This document shows positions 56,476 through 62,468 of a stretch of 62,468 bases of DNA, piece by piece. The stretch covers positions 1 through 62,468 of the IMG/VR virus record IMGVR_UViG_3300044691_000349. One strand, given 5' to 3'. The notes under the pieces are model-generated. The model ran no database searches, was not told the origin of the DNA, and saw only the letters and a program-made list of their open reading frames with translations. The position numbers and the translations under genes were made by a program. The first letter of the stretch is position 1; each line of letters opens with the position of its first letter. Source of the DNA: a virus (taxonomy: Duplodnaviria; Caudoviricetes).

Positions 56476-56793
56476 ATGAAGATCATCGGAAAAACCAAGG
56501 ACGGTTTCATCCTCCAGGCTACGGATTACGAGCTTGGGAGGCTTACGGGGCACTACTCGCTCTCAGAGTACGAGAAGTCGCTGGGTTCCGAGCAGAATCG
56601 ACGCTACGGCGGCGCAGTGCAGATCGGCGACGAAATCCAAGTCAGCGCAATGTACTCGCAGCTCACCCTAATGGCGACGCTCGAAAAGAGAATGGCGGAT
56701 GCTCGCGGAATTCTCACTACCGTCGCTGGAGGACTCACGATGGTTGATCCCATCATTCGCGAAGTCAATGCGGCGATCGATCCGCAGGAATAG
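56476..56793 (+). CDS. Hypothetical protein
   Basis: ATG 4 nt after upstream stop. Confidence 0.6.
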   Translation: MKIIGKTKDGFILQATDYELGRLTGHYSLSEYEKSLGSEQNRRYGGAVQIGDEIQVSAMYSQLTLMATLEKRMADARGILTTVAGGLTMVDPIIREVNAAIDPQE

Positions 56794-56849
56794 AAAGCTT
56801 TTGGCAATTACGTAGTCGACGACTCCCCTAGAGAGAGAAAGAGGAATAA

Positions 56850-57023
56850 ATGTACGATCCAGACGAGAAAATCATGCGTCCCGTTCCGGAGGACAAAACC
56901 ACAATGACAGCTGAACAGCGTAATTGGACTCGCTTCAAGGAAGGCGAGATCGTACACGTCAAGGGCATCCCGATGCGCATCCACGAGATCGGCGAGAGCC
57001 GGTTGGTTTTGAAGTTCAAGTAG
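56850..57023 (+). CDS. Small hypothetical protein (57 aa; not in ORF track)
   Basis: RBS GAGGA; MYDPDEK..FKEGEIVHVKG. Confidence 0.6.
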   Translation: MYDPDEKIMRPVPEDKTTMTAEQRNWTRFKEGEIVHVKGIPMRIHEIGESRLVLKFK

Positions 57024-57038
57024 TTAGAGGAATAGCCC

Positions 57039-57386
57039 ATGACGCCCGACGAAATCAGTGGACGCATCCTGAAAGATGCAATCCACAATCTTCAAGAAAT
57101 CGCCGCACAGTTGCAGGAAATCGCCGCACAGCTCGCCGCTTATTCGCCCGCAAGCAGCAGTCACCAGTTGGAAACTCAAGGGACGGAGTTCGAGCGTCAC
57201 TACACTCCCCAGGAGCTCGGGGATTTGTGGGGGTTTGACCATTCCACCATCCGCCGCATGTTTATCGACGAGCCCGGCGTACTGAAGGAAGGCAAGCAGG
57301 CGCGCAGGAATGGCAAGCGGATCTATGTCAGCATCCGCATCCCTGCCTCGATCGCGCAGAGGGTCCACGACAGGAAGTCCCGATAA
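57039..57386 (+). CDS. Excisionase-like HTH DNA-binding protein
   Basis: HYTPQELGDLWG...TIRRMF.DEPGV..RIP. Confidence 0.75.
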   Translation: MTPDEISGRILKDAIHNLQEIAAQLQEIAAQLAAYSPASSSHQLETQGTEFERHYTPQELGDLWGFDHSTIRRMFIDEPGVLKEGKQARRNGKRIYVSIRIPASIAQRVHDRKSR

Positions 57387-57436
57387 GTGAAGTTTCAAGT
57401 ATTTCCCAGGATTGCGCACTAAGAAAGCGAGTAGTC

Positions 57437-57844
57437 ATGGCACTGGCAAAACTATTCCGAGTTACAGACGTCGATGAGCAGCGTTGGCATATCGCCGCCC
57501 CCACCTTCGCCGCAGCCGTCGAACGCATGAAGAGATTCGAGGGCGAACTTTCCTCTACTCACGACGACAAGGTCGTCAGGTCTGTAGAGGCTGTCGAAGA
57601 CCTGATCCTCGGAGGCACGCGAGAGGATAGTCTCGACGATCCCCACGAGGAGTTGCCCTACGAGCCAGAGCCGCGCGGATTTATTTCCCCGCCGTCTTCG
57701 GATTGGACGTTCGCGAACAACGTCAGCAGCGCCGGCACGGCACTCATTGAAGCTCTAAAGGGTCATTCCTTTTCCGTCGCAGTCAGCTACAAGCTAGACG
57801 CCTTGCGCAACGCCATCGACATCTACGAACAGGTCCCGTTCTAG
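57437..57844 (+). CDS. Hypothetical protein
   Basis: 135-aa ORF in operon. Confidence 0.6.
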   Translation: MALAKLFRVTDVDEQRWHIAAPTFAAAVERMKRFEGELSSTHDDKVVRSVEAVEDLILGGTREDSLDDPHEELPYEPEPRGFISPPSSDWTFANNVSSAGTALIEALKGHSFSVAVSYKLDALRNAIDIYEQVPF

Positions 57845-57877
57845 TTACCAGCGCTTATGCGCAGAAAGCAGTGAACC

Positions 57878-58288
57878 ATGGCAGACGATCCCACGTTCAA
57901 AATCCCACGCGACGTAATCCAGCCCATCATCGAGGCGAAGGTAGCTGCGGCGCTCATTGAGGCTCTAGGCAATCAGCAGTGGCTTGTTCAGAACTGCATC
58001 ACCAAAGTTCTCGATGAGAAGGTGAACGACAGCGGCACTAAGGCGGAAAACTTCTACGCCGACCGCGCCCCAACCTTCCTTCAGTGGGCTCTCCGATCCT
58101 GCATCCAGGCTCAAGTAAAGAAGATTCTTCAGGATCAGGTTGAGCTACACAAAGAGGTCATCGCCAAATCTCTAAAGACCGAGCTGGAGAAGAAAAACTC
58201 GCCGCTGGTCAAGCAGCTCATCGAAGGCATGACTACCGGCTTTACGAAGAGCTTGCAATTCCAGATTGAAGTCAAAGCAAAGGAGTAG
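57878..58288 (+). CDS. Hypothetical protein
   Basis: 136-aa ORF in operon. Confidence 0.65.
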   Translation: MADDPTFKIPRDVIQPIIEAKVAAALIEALGNQQWLVQNCITKVLDEKVNDSGTKAENFYADRAPTFLQWALRSCIQAQVKKILQDQVELHKEVIAKSLKTELEKKNSPLVKQLIEGMTTGFTKSLQFQIEVKAKE

Positions 58289-58290
58289 GC

Positions 58291-58623
58291 ATGGAACAAG
58301 AGGCAAAAGAGATGTGGGCGTTGCTGGAGCTCTTCGGGCACCAGCGAGTTGCGGGCAAGGTAGTCGAAGCCGAAATCGGCGGCGGCCACCTACTCCGCGT
58401 GGATGTGCCAGCAGTCAAGGGCCGTGAGCCTCTAACCAAGTACTACAACGTCAAGGCAGTCTATGGCCTCACGCCGGTCGATGAGCCGACAGCTCGCCGG
58501 ATGGCCGAGGACATCGATCCTGCGCCGGTCAAGGAGTACTCCATCGAGCGCGAGATAGCACGTCGCAAGCAACTTGGTTCGGGCGATCCCGAAGACGAGA
58601 TCGACCACAACCCGTTCGAGTAA
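58291..58623 (+). CDS. Conserved phage hypothetical protein
   Basis: WALLELFGHQRVAG..LRVDVP..AVYGLTP motifs; RBS AAGGAG. Confidence 0.75.
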   Translation: MEQEAKEMWALLELFGHQRVAGKVVEAEIGGGHLLRVDVPAVKGREPLTKYYNVKAVYGLTPVDEPTARRMAEDIDPAPVKEYSIEREIARRKQLGSGDPEDEIDHNPFE

Positions 58624-58635
58624 TTTTCAGAATAA

Positions 58636-58705
58636 GACATGGCCGCGCTCTGTATGGCGGGGCATGATACGGCCCGGTGTAGCGAAGCGAAGCAAGACAA
58701 GGTAT
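58636..58705 (+). ncRNA. 5-nt periodic array 1 (NRY triplet + variable NN, 14 units), candidate guide RNA
   Basis: GACat GGCcg CGCtc TGTat GGCgg GGCat GATac GGCcc GGTgt AGCga AGCga AGCaa GACaa GGTat. Confidence 0.8.
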
Positions 58706-58729
58706 TTCATTCACAAGGAGAAATCGAAG

Positions 58730-59296
58730 ATGCGGATATGTGATGCAACCCTCGAATCAGTAAGTCCATACAGCCAATCGCGGCCTTACGAAACGGACAA
58801 GCTCAACAAAGAATCCCATAGGGATTACGAAAAGCGAACATGGCGAGACAGGGTCCATGCGCTAGATGACGGAACGGTCTTTATCCCGCCGATGTCATTC
58901 AAAAACGCGCTTTCTGAGGTTGCTAAGTATCTCGCCGAACAAATCCCCGGCAAAGGTAAAGCCACTTATACGAAACATTTCGAAGCCGGTGTGCTCGTTA
59001 CGGAGCCGATGATGCTCGGGGTCAAGAAAGATGATGTCGATGCGGAATGGTTGTTTGTTCCATCGGATGGGCGTCGCGGCGGCGGTAGTCGTGTCTGGAA
59101 ATGCTTCCCGCTAATAAAAAACTGGAAAGGGACTGTGCGGTTCCATGTGCTTGATGACACGATCACACCTGAGGTCTTCAGTAAGCACCTCAGTCAGGCA
59201 GGAACCTTCATCGGGATCGGAAGATTCCGCCCTCGCAACAATGGATTTTATGGGCGCTTCAGGGTTGTCAGCACGAAGTGGGCCGAACAAAGTTAG
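58730..59296 (+). CDS. Stand-alone Cas7/RAMP-like protein (188 aa)
   Basis: RBS AAGGAG; FIPPMSFKNAL resembles RAMP IPxxSxK motif; C-terminal Gly loop GIGRFRPRNNGFYGRF. Confidence 0.7.
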   Translation: MRICDATLESVSPYSQSRPYETDKLNKESHRDYEKRTWRDRVHALDDGTVFIPPMSFKNALSEVAKYLAEQIPGKGKATYTKHFEAGVLVTEPMMLGVKKDDVDAEWLFVPSDGRRGGGSRVWKCFPLIKNWKGTVRFHVLDDTITPEVFSKHLSQAGTFIGIGRFRPRNNGFYGRFRVVSTKWAEQS

Positions 59297-59305
59297 AAGT
59301 TTTCC

Positions 59306-59423
59306 AGGATTTGACAAGGCAAGATAGAGCGGGACTTGACAGGACTGGGCAACGCCGGACTGGGCCAGGCAACGCAAGGCAAGGCAAGACGAGGAAAAGG
59401 TCCGCGTCCTTCGGGGCGCGGAC
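59306..59423 (+). ncRNA. 5-nt periodic array 2 (17 units) plus UUCG hairpin, candidate guide RNA
   Basis: agGAT ttGAC aaGGC aaGAT agAGC ggGAC ttGAC agGAC tgGGC aaCGC cgGAC tgGGC caGGC aaCGC aaGGC aaGGC aaGAC, then GTCCGCGTCC-TTCG-GGGCGCGGAC. Confidence 0.8.
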
Positions 59424-59444
59424 AACAAAAAGGAGAAGGCAGCA

Positions 59445-59909
59445 ATGAAGACCATCGGCGAAGTAAGTCAGGACACCTTGAAGCTTCAGGAATTTATAGC
59501 TCGTCAGCCACATGGCGCGATCTTGGCTTACGCCGAAATCCAGCGCGAGACGGGCGTTGAGATGAACCTCAATGGCAAGAGTCATCTGCGACAGGCGATG
59601 AAACATCTACGGCGCGAATATTCGAGCATTCGGAACCACGGTGTCCGCTTGGCCGACGCCAATGGAGTAATGCCGATCCTAAGCAGTCGCATCAAACGCA
59701 TCGACAAAGCCGTGAATCGCGCAGATCGAAGCCAGAGGATTTTGCAGGACCAATTCTTTACGTCGCTCAACGAACAGGACCAGAAGCGCATCCTCTTTGC
59801 CGGTGCGGTCTTCGGCGCGATCCGGCTGGCGGCTGAACAAGGGAAACAAATCCAGCGGCGCAATCAGACTCTGTTGCCAACGATCAATATTCCCTTGCCG
59901 CCTCTCTAG
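59445..59909 (+). CDS. Basic hypothetical protein, possible winged-helix; candidate accessory of RAMP locus
   Basis: RBS AAGGAG; directly after array 2. Confidence 0.65.
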   Translation: MKTIGEVSQDTLKLQEFIARQPHGAILAYAEIQRETGVEMNLNGKSHLRQAMKHLRREYSSIRNHGVRLADANGVMPILSSRIKRIDKAVNRADRSQRILQDQFFTSLNEQDQKRILFAGAVFGAIRLAAEQGKQIQRRNQTLLPTINIPLPPL

Positions 59910-59963
59910 GTATAAATTCCGGAATAATTTTCACCCACTTTTATAAGAAAGCAGGCTAAACGA

Positions 59964-61898
59964 ATGCGTATCCGTAAGATCCAGCTGCAGAATTTCCGCT
60001 CACATATCGACTCGACTCTCGAGTTGGCCCGACTCTCAGTCCTGAGGGGCACCAATGCCGCAGGTAAGTCGTCTATTGAACAGGCCATCCAGATCTCCAT
60101 CGCCGGCCACGCCGATGGCACCACCGCCGACGGCAAGGGCTCCATCGGACTCATCCGCGCCGGGGAAACCAAAGCCCTCATCACCATGGCTCTCCAGCAG
60201 GGCGACGGCTCCGACGAGCGGATCCTCCGCTGCGCTCTCAACGGTACCGCCTGCACCGTCCTCGTCACCAAGCCCGATGATCCCCAGTATGCGGGTGGCG
60301 AAGAATGGAAAGACTGGCTGGCCATGAACCGCAGCGTCCTCTCCTGCCTGATCAACAATCGCTATTTTGTGGACCTAGCTGAGAAGGATCAGAAAGACGT
60401 CCTCGCCGCCATCATCCTGCCCAAGACGTACACCTGGCCTGACTGGGTCAAGCCGATGTGCCATGATCTCGGCCTGAAGATCAACTGGGCAAAGACGCCG
60501 TTCGAGACCATCGACCAGGCCTATGATGTCGCATTCAAAGAGCGCACCAACGTCAACCGCGACGTCAAGAACTTCAAGATGCCCGAGGGCGACACCACCG
60601 GCCATGAAGACCTCGAGGAGTTCGCCCAGAAGCTCACCACTCGCCAAAAAGAACTCGATGCGGCCAAGGGGAGGAAGAACCATATCGAGAGCGATTTCCG
60701 CCAGCGCCAGACCTTACTCACCACGGCCACTCAGCGCAAGCAGGAGGCTGAGACGCGCCTCTCCCGCGAGCAGCAGGGCATCCCTACCATCGAAGGTCGC
60801 CTGCTGAGTGCTGCCAAGCTGAAGGAGCACGAGAAGATCGCCAAGGGTGAGGCAAAGGCCTCCACGCTCGACGGCGAGCTCTTCCAGATCGAAGGCGCCA
60901 TCCGGATCAAGAAACAGGCTCTCACCGAACTGAACAAGATGTCGGAGCAGCCCTCCTGCCCCACTTGCACTAGCCCCATCACCGAGGAGCTGGTGCAGGC
61001 GATAGCCAAGCCTCTGGCCGAAGAGATCAACGCGCTCAGCACCCAGCGTACGGAGAAGATCGAGCAGCGCAAGTCTCTCGGCAATCCTGCGGAGTCCCGG
61101 AAGTTGGTAGAAGAGCATAAGCAGGCCGATACCGACATGACGCGCACCAAAGAGCGCATCAAGGATGAGCAGACCACGATCGATGATGCTCAGGCCAAGA
61201 TCGATGAGCTGAATGCCGGTGGCGGGAACGTGCCGGACACCAGCGAGATTGATGCTGAGATTACAGACCTCGCCGCGAAGATCCAGCGGGGCACTGAGGC
61301 CGTCAACAGAGCTCGCGCCGCCCGGGATCTCCATATCCGCAAATCCGACGCCGAAGTCGAGCGTAAGAAGATCGTCTCCAATCAGGCCAGCCTCAACAAG
61401 CTCGTCGAGTACTTCGGCGCAGAGGGTGTCAAGGCTGAGTTACTTGCCGCCAGCATCGGTCTGTTTATGGACGAAATGAACATAGTGCTCGCCCAGTGGG
61501 GCTACCTTTGCCAGATCTCGATCGAGCCCTATGTTTTGGCCATCATGTTCCGCGATGGTGAGAACATGCCGCATTTCATCCAACTCAAGCACCTGTCGAA
61601 GTCCCAGCGCTACCGCTTCGCCACGGCCTTCCAGGTGGCTCTTGCCATCATCAGCGGCTTCAAGTTCGTCATCGTGGACGAGGCCGACATCTACGACCAG
61701 CAGGGCCGCTCTGGACTGTTCGAGGCGCTCAGCTCCGGCGAACTCGACCAGGCCATCATCTTAGCCACCGATGAGCGCACCGCGGTCCCAGACATCCCGG
61801 ATGCCGTGTTCTACCGGTTCGACAATACCGCCGAAGATGGCATGATCCCCACCACCGTCGTGCGCCGTCTTCTGCCGGCCGCAACGCAAGCTGCATAA
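59964..61898 (+). CDS. SbcC/Rad50-like ATPase
   Basis: NFRSH, GTNAAGKSS, coiled coils, CPTC hook, LSKSQ, IVDEAD. Confidence 0.88.
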   Translation: MRIRKIQLQNFRSHIDSTLELARLSVLRGTNAAGKSSIEQAIQISIAGHADGTTADGKGSIGLIRAGETKALITMALQQGDGSDERILRCALNGTACTVLVTKPDDPQYAGGEEWKDWLAMNRSVLSCLINNRYFVDLAEKDQKDVLAAIILPKTYTWPDWVKPMCHDLGLKINWAKTPFETIDQAYDVAFKERTNVNRDVKNFKMPEGDTTGHEDLEEFAQKLTTRQKELDAAKGRKNHIESDFRQRQTLLTTATQRKQEAETRLSREQQGIPTIEGRLLSAAKLKEHEKIAKGEAKASTLDGELFQIEGAIRIKKQALTELNKMSEQPSCPTCTSPITEELVQAIAKPLAEEINALSTQRTEKIEQRKSLGNPAESRKLVEEHKQADTDMTRTKERIKDEQTTIDDAQAKIDELNAGGGNVPDTSEIDAEITDLAAKIQRGTEAVNRARAARDLHIRKSDAEVERKKIVSNQASLNKLVEYFGAEGVKAELLAASIGLFMDEMNIVLAQWGYLCQISIEPYVLAIMFRDGENMPHFIQLKHLSKSQRYRFATAFQVALAIISGFKFVIVDEADIYDQQGRSGLFEALSSGELDQAIILATDERTAVPDIPDAVFYRFDNTAEDGMIPTTVVRRLLPAATQAA

Positions 61899-61940
61899 CC
61901 CATAACGCCCCCCGCACCTCAGGAAGGACACAATACGACG

Positions 61941-62468
61941 ATGCCAGACTCCAGCAAGAACCTAATGGAACGCTACACCGAAGCCTGCAACTATCCATCC
62001 ACGCTCGACGCGCCCGAGGTTGAAAAGCAGCTCGGCCTGTATCTGGGCGCCCTCGGCATCAAGCGCGAAATTGTGCAGCTGAAGGACGGATGGCAGTTGG
62101 AGCAGCACCCGCCGCTGCTGCGCTACATCGAGGGCGTACTCAAAGAGTTTTCTAAGAGTAGGGACGCGATGGCCGCGAGGGACGCGATGGCCGCGATGGC
62201 CGCGATGGCCGCGATGGCCGCGATGGCCGCGATGGACGCGAGGGACGCGATGGCCGCGAGGGACGCGAGGGACGCGATGGCCGCGAGGGACGCGATGGCC
62301 GCGATGGCCGCGATGGCCGCGATGGCCGCGATGGACGCGAGGGCCGCGATGGACGCGAGGGACGCGAGGGACGCGAGGGACGCGAGGGACGCCCTCCGGA
62401 GGTTTGCATCCTGGTGCATCCAACGCGCTTCGTGGTACTGGTATTTTGAACTTTCGTGGCTGGCTACA
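61941..62468 (+). CDS. N-terminal part of DUF6745-like protein (continues at 128-862)
   Basis: RBS AGGAAGGA; open frame MPDSSKNLMERY.. through the repeat into the overlap. Confidence 0.8.
   Translation, partial: MPDSSKNLMERYTEACNYPSTLDAPEVEKQLGLYLGALGIKREIVQLKDGWQLEQHPPLLRYIEGVLKEFSKSRDAMAARDAMAAMAAMAAMAAMAAMDARDAMAARDARDAMAARDAMAAMAAMAAMAAMDARAAMDARDARDARDARDALRRFASWCIQRASWYWYFELSWLAT
62160..62393 (+). repeat. 26 x 9-bp coding tandem repeat A(T/G)GG(C/A)CGCG
   Basis: Units encode MAA, RDA, MDA, RAA; last unit ends GCC. Confidence 0.95.

Larger units (their letters stand above)
1..62468. mobile_element. Complete temperate HK97-like siphophage genome (circular contig)
   Basis: Full set of terminase, portal, protease, capsid, tail, lysis, int/xis, cI/cro genes plus intact attP; the ends overlap by 127 identical bp. 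Confidence 0.95.

Noticed and set aside
58574-58729. N-terminal extension of the RAMP-like ORF and short ORFs over the arrays (e.g. 59111-59455, 59336-59560)
   Set aside because: Strong RBS sits before ATG 58730; the other translations are low-complexity by-products of the pentamer arrays
59306-59390. Self-target for array 2
   Set aside because: None found by eye in the neighbourhood; a full regex scan was not possible, so this is unresolved rather than excluded
58636-59423. Canonical CRISPR array next to the Cas7-like gene
   Set aside because: No 25-40 bp repeats with spacers; periodicity is 5 nt, and no cas1/2/3/5/6 genes were recognised
56790-59955. Recurrent AGAAAGC motif before several starts, and an array-like leader at about 57400
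   Set aside because: Short and explainable as RBS-like sequence; only about two pentamer units follow the 57400 leader
62160-62393. Diversity-generating retroelement variable repeat
   Set aside because: No reverse transcriptase or template/variable repeat pair recognised; variation is two-state, not A-to-N
61962-62423. Minus-strand repeat ORFs (PSR, HRG and AAI repeats)
   Set aside because: Shadows of the 9-bp repeat; the plus frame has an RBS and joins a conserved domain
62342-62468. Biological direct terminal repeat
   Set aside because: Exactly 127 bp, mid-gene and next to a tandem repeat; the packaging genes point to cos ends near 40.2 kb

Overview
This is a complete, circularly assembled temperate siphophage genome with HK97-type head and long tape measure. 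Bases 1-127 are repeated at 62342-62468, so the true length is about 62,341 bp. A likely Acidobacteriota-like host is inferred from the integrase style and is unverified. A cro/cI switch sits at 51.5-52.4 kb. A long rightward early operon runs through the origin and carries recombination genes, an SbcC-like ATPase, a DUF6745-like gene, dnaB, xis and int; it ends at an attP that contains the 3' half of a tRNA-Arg(TCG). The leftward arm carries methylases, replication initiator, packaging, head, tail and lysis genes. The main candidate novel system (58.6-59.9 kb) is a lone Cas7/RAMP-like gene flanked on both sides by non-coding arrays of strict 5-nt period (conserved GGY/GAY-like triplet plus variable dinucleotide). 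The variable dinucleotides of the first array, read as a gapped code, nearly spell a stretch of the adjacent upstream gene. Other notable items: an endonuclease VII gene nested out of frame inside an intact helicase-methylase ORF, a glycosyltransferase/methyltransferase cluster inside the head operon with a candidate +1 frameshift, a tRNA-like element between portal and protease, and a two-position binary 9-bp coding repeat. All protein calls come from motif recognition by eye; no database searches were run.
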